DNA of 63,456 bases, counting the filler, from Squatina squatina (Eukaryota): assembly GCA_031763465.1 (NCBI GenBank). It is 4 parts of 3 records of this genome, joined end to end, with 100 filler letters (N's around TTAATTAATTAA, not from the genome) between each part and the next. Parts side by side here need not be neighbours in the genome. Positions count along the whole stretch, not along the records: positions 19,640 to 35,025 come from JARFOE010000162.1; positions 35,126 to 48,565 come from JARFOE010000162.1; 2 more parts are not named here. One strand, 5' to 3'. Of the stretch, positions 24,442-40,062 are shown one piece after another. Positions within the stretch are counted from its first letter, which is position 1, and each line of letters begins with the position of its first letter. The translations under genes were made by a program, and so were the position numbers. A model generated the notes under the pieces. The model was not told the origin of the DNA. It made no database searches and worked only from the letters and a program-made list of their open reading frames with translations.

Positions 24442-24730
24442 CTCCTTGCTGCAGATCCATAGGTGCCAATCGGTCTCTATTATTTGACCCAAGTGGCTAA
24501 CCTTCATCTGTGAGTCTTGACAGTAAGTGTCAGTAGGCCATTCAAACTGCAGGGGACCTTAAATATGAGCCCAACCTTGTCCTCGTCCAACATCTACACA
24601 GATGCATTTCATCAAGGATCATTGGATAATGCCCAACAATCGGAACATGGATGACATCCCCTTCCCTAACCCAAGGGCACTGAAGCCCATTATTGTGCCC
24701 TGGCAGAGATCAGCTAATTTAATACAGACT
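24442..24730 (-). repeat. Third copy of the old SINE-like repeat
   Basis: Reverse-complement similarity to 10380-10630 (cagagatcagctaat, ttcatctgtgagtcttgacagtaagt, ggataa). Confidence 0.45.
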
Positions 24731-27700
24731 GTAAGTCAAATAAAATTGTTTTTAATGTGTTCTGTGCTTTGGTGCAGCAAGATATCAAACAAGAACTTGT
24801 TAGAAATCTCAGTTTTGCACTAGTTCACGATTCCAGATAAAGTCCAGATGTAGCAACAAGAGGGATCTCCAGTCTGTTTTTAACACGTTATTTTCCGCAC
24901 AGTTAAGTGAGTCAGGATCCAAGTCCTAAATCCACAACCTTGAAATAGTCCTTTACTCAGTGGCTGAGTTATAGAGTGTCAGGGTCACAACACAGGGTGA
25001 AAATCGTTCCAGTCACGATGTGATTTAATTTTAGCTTGCCTCATATCAGGTGATAAAAAGACTGAAGCCTGAAACCACCCAGTTGCAATTAATTGAAATC
25101 TATGGTTTCACACACTAATACTGGCATCTCTAATAGGGAATATCACTGATGTCAGCACTTACTTATCTATTGTTGTGGGGAAATCACACAGCCCCAGCTG
25201 AGAGGCGTTGGCGTGGAAGCCATAATTTATTGAAATTATCACACAGTTATAGAGAGTTACATCAACAAAATAGCTGAAGATGGATTTGCAAGTTGGCAAA
25301 CACTGTTTATCAGTTAAGGCATAAAGTCCCTTTTTCATGGTACCATTGGCAGCAAAGCAGATCAAATTAGCAATGTGTCATCCTACAGGGACTTTTCTAA
25401 TTACAGAATTGAAGTGCACTTTGTCTGGAGACAATAAATGTTGTATTGCCTCATCAGCAAAGTTTTGCCTTACCAAAATATCCCACAGGATATCTTACTA
25501 AAAATCCTATGGTACTATATCCTGGTTATTCTATAGAATAGGGCATACCATGACTGAGTTTTGTTGCATCTGTAATAAATGCTAATAATGTGAGGAGGGC
25601 AGATGTTGTCTGATGNNNNNNNNNNNNNNNNNNNNNNNNNNNNNNNNNNNNNNNNNNNNNNNNNNNNNNNNNNNNNNNNNNNNNNNNNNNNNNNNNNNNN
25701 NNNNNNNNNNNNNNNGATCTAGGCTGAGTGAATTAATCACCCACCGTTCATAGCTAAAGCTTCTTTATCAATTGGCAGGTTTACTGTAAGATGACGTCAT
25801 AATACTATCTGATGGAAAATGAGTCTCCTGCTGGATACTTTCCAGTGAAGTCATATGTGCGTGCATGGAGCATTAATCTGAGGTCCTATATCCCTGATCT
25901 GCTGTTGTGTAAGTGGAGTTAAGCTTGGACCAGAAGTGAAACATAGTGGAAGGGGCTGCATCAGATGCCTGTGGACGAGAAGATAGAGCTGATAGCAAAA
26001 TGATCTTTAAACATTTTGATGTACACACTAGTGTAAATGTATTATTGGACACCAACCAGTGTGAACACACAAGCATAGGAAAGCTCTGTATAGGCTGAAG
26101 GTGGCATAATACAAGAAATGCATGTTGGTTAAAAAAGTAAATTATTTCATTCATTTTTGATATGTATTTTGAAGAGTTATAGGATGCTGCATGCTTCTTC
26201 TGTGTCTGAGAATAACTTAGGGTTATGATGGCAGTATTTTGAATTGAGCTGCTTGCAGAGATGTGCTGTGCTCTACCGAGGACAACAAAGGATAAATGTA
26301 ATAGGCTTTACTTTCTAAATTGAGCTGTGTAAGTCAGGAAGTCCTAATGGGCCTTCACTTTATGAAAAGAACGTCATTTAAACTCTCAACACTGAATGAC
26401 GGAAAAGACAGAAGGAGATATTAGGACAGGTGACCAAAAGCTTGGTCAAAGAGGTCACTTTTAAGAAGCATCTTACTGGATGAGAGAGAGGTAGAGCGCC
26501 TGNNNNNNNNNNNNNNNNNNNNNNNNNNNNNNNNNNNNNNNNNNNNNNNNNNNNNNNNNNNNNNNNNNNNNNNNNNNNNNNNNNNNNNNNNNNNNNNNNN
26601 NNAAAATAAAAATCATGTAAAAACGAAGGCACAGCCTCCTTCAAAGATTTTACTGATTGACCCACTTCCTGAAAGCGGATTGGTCACCCGCCCCTTACCA
26701 GTCAACGGGTTGGCGTCGGGTTTGAAATTCTAAAAATGTTATACTCTCCACCTGCCCAAAATCCACCCATTCTTGGGAGTTAAAATTACCCCGATATCTC
26801 TAGATCGGCGCTCCCTATGCTATCTCACAGGGTTTTGCAGCTATCTGTTTCTATTTATTTAAAAACATTCTACTGTCTTGCTTAATGATGATGTTTTAAT
26901 TTGCGTTCCTGATTTACATGGTACAACCTCCAAAATATTAATTTTGTGCTCACAAACAAACTTATTTTTGGTCGGCAGGGCAGTAAGCTGTGCCTCCTTA
27001 TTCTTGAGTGATATGCTGTAGAGACCCCTGGTGGTAAATTTGCAATCTGTCCACAAATATACAACTCAGCTTGGATATTGTACCTTCATTTATCTTATCC
27101 TGAAGCCGAAGAACTGCTTGAACATATTGAGATTTGCTGGGTTGTAGTTGAAAATACAGAACAATATGGTAGGGTGCAGATCCAAATCTCCGTCTCCATC
27201 CTACCCACCTCTCCTCCTCCCCCGCCACAAGAAATAAACACCACAGAGAATTAATATTACTTTTAAGCACCTAATGCCAACCTTCCATGGGTAAAAACAC
27301 ATACACAGATAAAATAACTAAGCAAACCCAAAGAAGTCAGAGTTTATTAAATATTTAAGAAATGCACCAGTTTTTTTTCTTCGAGTTCACAACTGTACAG
27401 CATGTGGAAAGAGATGTTGAGTGCTGTGTCTGTTTTATTTTTGCAATTTAAATGAAACGTCAACCTGACAATAAGCAGTTCTATGAATCAGATTTCATTT
27501 TTAAGAACACTCTAGCAGAGAAAGAAAATGAAAGCAAGGGACAAAGTACTACTTGGGAACTTATGGATGTGCTTAAAACAACCTGGTCATTTGTCAAAGC
27601 AGAATGACTGGAATTGGACTACAGGAGATAAACAACTATGTAGCACATTTTAAGTATTGTATATGCTTGCAATTTTGTCTTGAATGAAAATATATGTACT

Positions 27701-30181
27701 GCAGCTAGACATGGAATGAGACTATCCTTAGATGACAACCTGTGAATAAAATGCAGAATGCATTTCCCTACACTGTGGAGTTTAAATATTAAAAATGGGA
27801 AGAAGTGAGCAATATCAAGTGGAAAATGAGTACTACTGTATGTGTAGATTCTGAGTGTGTCTCAATGCCCTGGTTGAAAAGTTTGTCATGGAACCACAAG
27901 GGAACAAGCATCTACTTATTGCCCAAAGTGGAGCTATTCTTTGCTTGCCATTTTACTTGTCTGCAGTGCTACGTCAGAAGGTGTTGTACAGGCCTCGAAT
28001 TTGTGACAATAGGAGGCTGGGCAAGATGCTTTGTCTCCATTGAATAGTGTATCTTTAAAGTATCTGACAGCTTTAATTACAGCTAATTCTATACGATTGT
28101 CGACAGAGCATAATCCACTGTATAAATGAACTGTCAGAGTGGCTTTTGTTTGACCTTGTTATGGATTGCACCATCTCTCGGGGGGAAAATGGATGCTTTA
28201 GCTCTGACCTGCAGATAATAACCTGCTAATTATCACTGTCATTAACCTAGAAGGAAAAGGGGATTTTTTTTTTCTATTTTTAACAGTCTTTTTAATTTTC
28301 CCTCTTAAATAAATGGTTGTTGCAGCTGCAGTTCAAACATGCACACTTCGCTAAGTCAAAAAAAGAACTCGACCTAGTTTAGCTATGTCTGTTTTGGGTA
28401 CCATAGAAACAGCTTTGAATGCTTGAGGTCAACACTACTGTACCCACCGAGTGTGGCAGTGTCTGTGAGATGTGGCCCTATACTTCATTTTCTATTCAGT
28501 GCGGAGGCGTACACTCAACAATGATTCCCTTCACCCTGTTGTGAAGGTTAGCAATTCACATCTGTCTGCTGTAAAGCAACTGCAGATCACAGGTTCCCTT
28601 AGATTTGAACACAAGCAGGGCAGATTTCAACAGTCTAAATATTTACTTATATTGTAGGAACCCAGTGCAAAAAAAGGGATTTAACATATCTTTTGACAAA
28701 ACAGTTTTCTGATTTTTCTTTCTTGTAACACAGTTTTAGAGATGCACTTCCTTTTTTTTCCAGTGAACTCTGATTTCATTTTGAAAAAAAAGTATATAAA
28801 TCCACCCAACCGTACTGAGCATATGCAGACCTGTCACAACAGCTTTATGTTTCATGATATTTTTCTGAATGTTGTCTTTTTATTTCTCCATTATTTATAT
28901 CTATGCCCCACTTCTCTATATTGCCTGAAGGTAGCAAGTTTCAGTTACAAATGATTGTAACTCTATTTGCCATTAACATATTTCTGTGGGACAGATCTAT
29001 TGCATAAACAAAAACTCTCCTCTCTTCTCTCTTCCCCACTGCCTGCAAAGAGATAAATTGCTCCACTGTTATCAGCACTCGATAAAGCAGCCAAGGGATG
29101 AACCAGCAGGAGTCACCCAATGTGAACCACAATGCTCAAATGTTAATTGAGATTAGGGTTCAAATTTGCAACTTTCTGATGGTGAATCCAGCATTGTACT
29201 GTTGGAGTTACTGAGCTATACGATAAGATCTTAATAACCCCGCCCAGTCCCCTATCAACTATTAACGGATGTAATTTGTAATGCCGTTAAAATGGTGGTT
29301 ATTCCCCATATTGCTGATTTTTGCTGCTGTAACACGTTTAAATGTGACTCTCAATTACCCTTGTAAAAAATCTTAGGGGGCCGAAATTAATCTCCTGTAA
29401 TGCCCCATTAGCACCTCCGAGGGGCGCTAATGGGATGATAGAGGCAAAAATGGTGCCGGGAGGCNNNNNNNNNNNNNNNNNNNNNNNNNNNNNNNNNNNN
29501 NNNNNNNNNNNNNNNNNNNNNNNNNNNNNNNNNNNNNNNNNNNNNNNNNNNNNNNNNNNNNNNNGAGCTATATTAAGCATCAAAATTGTTCGTCTTACTG
29601 CTGCAGGAATCCCAAAGATTATATTGCTGCTATTCTTATCCTGGCTTTCCTGCTCTGTAGACAATTTCCTGCTGAGAGTTAAGACCTTGCCCTAGTGGAG
29701 AAGCCGAGAGCATTTATTAGTTAATGCAGCTTGACAGGCCTCTGAAAACTAATGTGTTCTTAACAGCATTAAAGAATTTGCAGGCAGCTGCATTCTAAAG
29801 CATTTGGCTCATCATTTTGAATGATGATGGAACCATTGAGCTTCTGAAGGGCTCTGTTCATAATTTTCTATCTAATGGAGAATCAGCAGGACAGGTTTGT
29901 ACAAATAGTATCTGCATAATACCTGTTACTACCATATTTGTTGGTAATGCTTTCAAATTGCTGATGCAAATTGTCTAGTAATCTAATATGACTAATTTCA
30001 CAGCAGTACAAAATTTCAGGACCTCCTGAGGCCTAAATTTAACAGCCAGAACTGTATGAATTTCCAGCAGACTGCCCAAAAGTTGCGCAATCTTGAGATG
30101 CTGCTGTCAGAAACAGGTTTCTCAGCATAAAGGAAGTGTAGCTTCCATAAAAAACTAATGGTGACATTGGTGAAAAGATCT

Positions 30182-30685
30182 AGGGCGCCCAATTTGTCCT
30201 TTTTTCTGGCGTTAAAGTGGCGCTAAATTGGCGTTAAGGGTTTAACGCCGATTCTGGGCGTTATATTTAGCGCTGGGAAATTCGGCCCCCCTTAATGCCG
30301 GCGCTAAATGGGCGCTAACCCTTTAAGGCTCAAAACGCAAAGTTCAGCATTANNNNNNNNNNNNNNNNNNNNNNNNNNNNNNNNNNNNNNNNNNNNNNNN
30401 NNNNNNNNNNNNNNNNNNNNNNNNNNNNNNNNNNNNNNNNNNNNNNNNNNNNTGTCGCTGCAACCGCCGCATGCTGCGGCCGCCTCCCGTGGGTGACTTT
30501 CCGCGCGGACTGCAAACGGAGCGGCGAAGGCGTTGCGGCATGCTTATGTCATGTGCCGACCCACCGTGAAATTCAGCTGGATAGTCCTTTGCACCCCAGC
30601 TGAATTTCGGGGGAGGCAAGGCGGCTGCCTCCCGATGCCATTTTTTTAAACTAATGGGACTTTAAAAAAGGCCAATTTCAGCCCT
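30182..30685. mobile_element. Harbinger-like DNA element ends flanking an N gap
   Basis: Left AGGGCGCCCAATTT, right CAATTTCAGCCCT; internal ggcg(t/c)taa repeats; may be two different copies because of the gap. Confidence 0.55.
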
Positions 30686-30896
30686 CCTGTCTTTTATATG
30701 TCTACCATATCAATGATGTCATATTAGAGAATTTTAAAATAGACATGAGAAGAACAGGCTCAAATATCTGTGACAGACAGGAAGAGCATAGAATTATCCA
30801 TGCAAATCACAATATCAGATCAGAATTTTACATGTTCAGATATACTGTATTTAAGAAAAGAAATAATTGAAAAATGTCATATTTTGACCTCTCTAA

Positions 30897-33027
<2,131 letters not shown>

Positions 33028-35025
33028 CCTTTAGGTCTGCCAGGCTGCTGTCTGAGCTGGAATTGTGAAATGAAAGTGCATATCCTCAAAAAACAGAGCT
33101 TTGTATTTTTTGCATGGCATGAAAAACTATTTCAAGCAAGCCAGTGTTACCTTTAAAGTCTAAAGGAGTGTTTAATGGAAGGGAACCTGAGAACATTGAC
33201 CAAAAATGTAAAGTTCCTGCCCATGGAGCATTTGCACTGAAGAAGGGAAAAAATATACCAAACTTGCTGCAAAATTCTGCTAACTCATACCACCAGAATT
33301 TTATCACACTATTCTTTTTCATTACTTAATCCCTTCTGCCTATCCAATGACTATAGAGGAATACAAAGTCTGAATACACAGCTTGAACATAGAGATCATG
33401 GTGGGCTCTCAGAGAGATGCAGAAAGTATTTGCAAATAAAAAGACAGAAAGACAGAATGTTTTGGGAAAACATTCTGGATTATAGATATATCCTTTGAAG
33501 GGCACTGCCTAGATTTCATTTACAGACTCTGGTTGCATAATTGAACCACATTGGGTACCATTAATGTATCATGTGATTTGTCTCGTGGATGCAAATAATC
33601 TTTGAAGCAAAGAAGAAAACCGCTTGCACTGAGGATGTGCTTATTTTAGTTCCGATTNNNNNNNNNNNNNNNNNNNNNNNNNNNNNNNNNNNNNNNNNNN
33701 NNNNNNNNNNNNNNNNNNNNNNNNNGGTCTTGTCTCCACGCCATTAGGCCCTGTGAGGAACCGCAAATACAAAAATGGGCCCCTATGAGTTAAGAAATAT
33801 TCTTTGGTTTTGTGTATTTCGTTAATCATGGTTTCTAGCTAACACTTAGCTTTAAAAACTTGCAAAAGTCAAAATTGTAGATGTCATGTGAAGAAAACAA
33901 ATGTATTTTTAAAGCTGAAAAGTTCTTTCAATATTCAAAGATCTTAACCTTGGCCCTGAATTATTGGTCAGGAAAATAAAATGATGGGGGGGGAGGGGGG
34001 TGAGTTGCACCAGTTAAGTGACAAATATGAAACTGCCTTTATCATAGTGAAGCTTCACTATCAATTTAGGTCTATATATATATTACAATGGTTGGAATTG
34101 TCTTCATACAACAAAATAGATGAATGTATCTATCAAATGAAGAAGGTTTCTGCTATGAAAATTCTACTTACCTGTATCAAAACTTCGAAATCCAACTTTA
34201 CCATTTCTGTTAACCTTATTATTGCTGCTAGATTATTTTCTAGAACAGAAACATATATACAGATGTTTTTCATTCTGAATATCTAAGCATAATGCCCATG
34301 TAGAAATGCCTTCACATCTTTGACATAACTTTATTGTAAACAAGGCCGGAGTTCCTTTTTGAAAATGTAAAATATCATGTAAAATTTCATAAAGGATTCC
34401 ATGGTAAAGAATATGATCATAGACTTTATTTTCAAAGTACAATATCAAACCAAATGTAGCACGTTTACCAGATTTGAAGTTTACAGTTTTAAATGATAGA
34501 TTTATTTTTAACAATGGAATAATGCTTATTTTTTCATTCTGGCTGCCAAGAAGGTATAGGTCTAAATGATTAAAAAGTAGCACTTTGAAAATGTTAAAGT
34601 TGTATTTTTGGTATAGTAATCTTGTATTAAAATACTGTCATCAGTTCTAAAAATTAATAATAATGGAACTGAAGAGACCTTTGAATGTAACAGTATGAAG
34701 GACACCTCAACAACAAAGACATGCATCTTCAGTCCGAGCTTATGTGACATTTAAATGTTGGTTTCCTAGGAAGCTAAAAGAGATTATACATGCATTAGTT
34801 CAATCCAACCCCAATACAAGGCAAAATCAATATGGAAAAGGAAATCAGAAATACATTTCTCATTTCTCATTTCCTAAATATGTCGATGTGTATACAAGAG
34901 ACAGATTATATCCACGCATATATAAATATAAACACACAAATGACTGTTTACACATTATATAGAACTTCTGTTTAACACTATGGTATGTAATTGTTTATAG
35001 TAACTGTTTCAGAAGGTTAATAGTA

Positions 35026-35125
35026 NNNNNNNNNNNNNNNNNNNNNNNNNNNNNNNNNNNNNNNNNNNNTTAATTAATTAANNNNNNNNNNNNNNNNNNN
35101 NNNNNNNNNNNNNNNNNNNNNNNNN
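35026..35125. other. Artificial scaffold spacer (44N-TTAATTAATTAA-44N)
   Basis: Same 12-mer at 35070-35081. Confidence 0.95.
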
Positions 35126-36965
35126 AATAATGCTATATAATGTCTTGGATATTCAACTTATGAAGGAATTTTTCTTAAATATTATATGCTGTAAGTTATA
35201 AATACATTTTGCGTTACTTGACTACATTCCACAAAATCCTTCATGTGGTAATACACAACATTTAATACCCAGTATTTAATAACACTTATTTATAGAAATT
35301 AATAAATATCTGGAAGATAAATGTTCAGTGTGGCTGGTGAAATTATTCACATTGTAATAAGACCTGAAAATACTAAATAAGCATTTCAATCAAAATTTTG
35401 GAGAAGCATGCGTCTCTGAGGTAATTTTATCCTTTTATATATAAATCTTACAAGGCAAAAACAGTCCTGAATNNNNNNNNNNTGCAGAGAACAGGAAGAA
35501 AAACAGCTCATAACGTTTCAGCACAAAAAAGGGAAAATACTACTCTGCAAGCAATCTAGCAACAAGTATTGTGTGATGTTGCTGGTTTAAGCTGATTAAT
35601 CCACTTTGAATATATTGGCAGAAATACTGTTAGGCATATTTTTTTAAATATCTTAAAGAAGAACAAATGTCTGTGATTTGTACCTTAAAGATGTAGGAGT
35701 ACTCAAAGTGCCAAAATTCTTGTCAAAAATATATGGTTACAAACTGTAGGTATACAATTTTTTTTTAACTAATATGGCGTTCAAAATGTAAAGAAGTGTT
35801 AAATTTGTTGCAAAGAAGTGTTGGTCTTCCTTGAATTTTTAATCAATTTAATTCTGAAAGCATTATGATGTTAAGAGCAGATTTGTGCATTCCCTTTTCA
35901 CCTTAGCTTACGACAGCATTGCTCGAAAATGCATACTGACTTTATAAGTATGGTAAGACGGCATAATTAGTTTAAAAATGTGATTAAAAACAGCTCATTG
36001 ATAAACATGCAACAAACATGAATCATAATTCTCTTACTCATCTGATTAGGATATTAATACAGAGAGATAGAAAAATGTATTAAAAATTCACAGTAGACCA
36101 ATATTTCCCTTCATGACATATAAAAAGCCCTATGAATGCAGTACAAAGCATCCAAGTTCTCTTTTCCAAAAGACAATCTCTAAGGGACTATTTTCCTGTA
36201 TTATTTATGGTAAAAGATGTGTATAAAATGGGGAACACCACTACTTTTTTCACCAGAAATAGTGAACAAAGGAAAATATAGCCCTAAATATTTTAGACTT
36301 AAGAGTTAAATACGTACAGTAATATCCATATTGAAAACCTTTTTCATATTACTCAGTTTAACCAAAAAAGTCATCAAGCTACAAAAATATGTGAGCAAGA
36401 TCTCCCTGAACTAACTCAACTTTTTTCTTTTTTGTTTATGAAATAGAACCATAAGAATTTTTTTCTCTCTTCCCCTCCCTTTTTACAATCGAATAATTCC
36501 AAGCTTTCAAGCACAATCCTTGGCAGCTAGTACTGTATAATATAAACACAGACAAAAGGTAAGGCAGCTGTTAGTTTCTACAAATAAATTCAGGTCAGAT
36601 GTACATCTTCCAATGTATCTCATTTGCAAAATTGTAGGGCACAAACTGGTGACGGAAAACAGATCAGGGAATTCTTCAAAANNNNNNNNNNTGTCTCTGA
36701 GTGTCAAGTCTTGCAGGATGTACAACTTCCCAAAAGTCTTCTTCCTTATTCGCAGCAGGAAAAGTGGCACGAGGGCTTCTGTAATGACCGCAAAGAATTT
36801 GAGCATTATCAGTCTTGTTTTATGTATAAAATTCTAAAAGTATTGTTATAAGAAAATCTTTGGTTTTTATTTTTACTACTGTATTAAATGAATATTTTTT
36901 TACCATTAGAAATGTTGTGGTGCTTAGTTAACGGAGTAAAATTTGCTTCTTACCTCAGAAACAAG

Positions 36966-37046
36966 TCATGTGAGGAAATGCACAAACAAGACAGCTAGAC
37001 CAATGTTCAGTAGAATCACCATGGCAATCATAATGGTATTAGGTCC
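36966..37046 (-). CDS. JPH2: Junctophilin-2 last coding exon (C-terminal ER/SR transmembrane anchor)
   Basis: [26 protein letters not shown]-stop (human [26 protein letters not shown]); acceptor tatttcag, phase 0; not in the ORF track. Confidence 0.92.
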   Translation of the reverse strand, partial: [26 protein letters not shown]

Positions 37047-37377
37047 CTGAAATATACATAAATCATGTGTCAACATCCTGGTTTTAGCACATAATAAAAA
37101 CTACAGCTTCTAGACTGTAACATTCCCTTTCGCTAATTATTTCAAACAGGTGCAAATATTATTTATAATTTTTCCATTCCATAAGTGTCTGTAATTTTTC
37201 CAATAATTTTGAGAATTGTACTTAACCAAAATGTTTATTTCTTATCAACATGAATACTGTAATAAAAAGGCAATTTAGAAATCTGGAATGGATGCCTTCC
37301 ATTGTATACATCCTCTTATGGGATTAGTAACAATCTGACACGCATGCAATGACCTTTTCTGCGGCAGCAGTTATAAA

Positions 37378-38335
37378 GGGCCCAAAATTCATGTACGCCG
37401 TGCGGTAAACTCTGCAGCACGGAAGAGCTCCCGGTGTTCCTAACGCCCGGGTGTTGGAAAATTGGTTGAAATTTCTGGGATTTACAGGCATGGCACTGTC
37501 ACAAGCTCTGAGAGCTGCATGGAGGCGCTGGAGGGGCGCTCTCTTGAATTTAGCAACCAGTTTCATGTGACACATCTCATAAAGCACGTGCATTCCCACT
37601 GCCTTGCTTCTCATAAAACCTTGGTTGCTCACAGTTCAGTAGCATGTTTTGCTCATTGAAGAATTTTTGCAAGAAGGCCGAGTTCTGAACTGTGTCGGAA
37701 ATATCTCGTAGAAGCAGAAGGTTCACTGATGTGGTACTGGATACATTGGTGTCATCGGTGGAGAGGAGGAGGGACCAGCTGTACCCTGCCTCAGAAAGGA
37801 GAGCAGCCCCATCAGTTCATAGGGTGATGTGGCAGGCCATTGCCACAGAGGTGTCAGCCTCCGATGTGGATGTGCGCACCCAAACCCAGTGCCGCAAGAA
37901 GTTCAACGACTTAACTCAGCTGGTGCGGGTGAATGCCACTTGCTCTATTACAGAGAAGTATGTCATTGCAGCATAGAAGAATAGTTAGACACTAAATGCA
38001 GTCATCATTCCTGAGGCTTTAAAACATTATATTGTCAGCTGCCGCAAATGACGCATGATCTCAACTGAAAGTTGAGCATGCAGATGTTGCCATATCATGA
38101 TGCTGAGACAATGCTGTTTCATGTGCAGGCCAAGGTAGCAGCAAATAGGGCTGCGCATCGTGGAACCAGTGGTGGCCCACCAGCAGGGGTGCCCTTCAGT
38201 GACCTGGAGGAAAGGGTCCTACAACTGATCAGCCCTCAAGTGACAGACTCTGTTGCAAATCCAGTGACTGGTGACATTGGTAAGTTAGAGTAAGTATGAT
38301 AGCACTTTACCATGAGTATGGAAAGCTAGATTAAT
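37378..38335 (+). mobile_element. Harbinger element 5' part with spliced Myb/SANT-like (NAIF1/MSANTD-type) ORF; exons ~37692-37928 and 38129-38279
   Basis: Terminus GGGCCCAAAATT; RRFTDVVLDTLV..VE.RR..L..W.AIATEVSA....RT.TQCRKKFNDL; GT/AG intron in phase 0; second exon AKVAANRAAHRGTSGGPP...SDLEERVLQLI ends G|gtaagt. Confidence 0.8.
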
Positions 38336-38574
38336 NNNNNNNNNNNNNNNNNNNNNNNNNNNNNNNNNNNNNNNNNNNNNNNNNNNNNNNNNNNNNNNNN
38401 NNNNNNNNNNNNNNNNNNNNNNNNNNNNNNNNNNNGTTTCAGGTCGACGACCTTTCTCTGTGGCCCTTTCCCTGTCACCCAGACAGCAATCCTTGGATCT
38501 TGCGTACAGTTGAATTTATCCTATCCATACCCAACATTATCTCAATGGCTCACTCCAATCCTCCCCACCCCAAC

Positions 38575-39339
38575 CATTTTTTTTTGGTTCTGGTTCTGGT
38601 TCTTTTTTTACTTTGACCTCTGGTTTTGGTTCCGGTGTTGAAGATTTTGCTGGAATTGCTTCTTTCTTGACTGGCAATGGTTGGACGGGCGTTTCATCAT
38701 CGACTAAATCTAAAGGAGGAGGTCCTACTTGTGTCCGTACAGCATAACTGTGATAGCTTTCGTGGAACTTGACATCAGGCAGATGGTGGGGTGGGATAGG
38801 CTCTCTTGACTTGCTCTTTTGATTTGTACTAGGCTTGCTTTCAATTCTTTCTAGAGGCTTTATGTCCAAATCATAGTTGTTCTGTAGTTGCTCCTCCAGT
38901 TTTGTTGGCATTCTTCTGTTGCTCTGATGACTGGAGGTCCTAGATGGATTTCGGTTGTTGGCAGCTGACTTGTTCTCAAACTGCACGGTCAGTAAACCAG
39001 AAGGTGCTCCAGGATGACTGTTGGACCGGCTACTTGTGCAGCTTCTACTTTTATTTTGCTCCCCATTCCAGTTGCCAGGGCTCAAGTAACTGGAGTCCTC
39101 CATCTTGGGATTTGATTCTCTCACCTTTCTGACCTCTGGCGGTGTCTCCATAGGACTGGGTGAAGGAGTGCCGGCAGGAGATGACTCAAGTGGGGTTGCG
39201 GTTTTATCATGGAGTCCAGGACTCTCTGGAGGGGTAGGCGGAGGCTCTTCTATTGATGGGGGTTCCTGGTCTGTATTTTCCACATTATCTCCATTCTCTA
39301 TCAGTTCCTGTAGTAGTCTTCTCTTCTGATATTCAGGAC
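38575..39339 (-). CDS. JPH2: Junctophilin-2 divergent-region exon; 3' boundary uncertain
   Basis: Acceptor ttcttttccag|GT CCT GAA TAT; (G)PEYQKRRLLQELIEN, PPESPGLH, PAGTP, LSPGNWNGE and YHSYAVRT are JPH2 signatures. Confidence 0.88.
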
Positions 39340-40062
39340 CTGGAAAAGAATAATTGAGTTATTGTAAGCTGTTTAGTACAATTGCCGGATGTGTAGACTG
39401 CTCCAGATTAGTTCAGTACAGCAACAATACAAGCAACCCTGCACATTTCCTCTTCACCAAAGATGTTAAACGTGGCCACTAACAAAAAATAATCAATGAT
39501 AAATCTACATTAAAAGGGAACTGTATTGTGCTGAATTATCAAAAAATCCCAATTGTTACAGTTGGCCCTCATTCCATGGTAGCTAGCAGCATCTCTGGGA
39601 AACTCACCCGCTCCTAGCTTACATTGGAGAACTATTACTATTTTCCATGGACCAAAAAATCACAGGCAGCATATCTGCAGTCTTTGAATACACAAGGTTC
39701 TCTGCCACAAGTGCATACTCAGAAAATTACTTCCATTGCATATACATTCCCCATTGCATGTCCAAGCTGCACGTGAAGTGTGGTACTCTGCATTACACAG
39801 GAAAAGCGCAGCTCTGTGTTGGAGCCTGATTAGCTCAACACCAGCTACTTCAATCTACTCACATTCATATTTGCCAATTTGAGGAGACTAAACAGTTAGC
39901 ACAGATCATTGAAGCCTCCTACGTAAATGGCCTGAGAACAGATTTTCTTGCCAAAACAACTTTGTGGAAGGATCCTAATACATCTAAGGTGTAAGATTGC
40001 ATAGTAAACTGCTCTAAAAATACTCATGTGAAACCAGTATCTAAATTAACATTTAAAGAACT

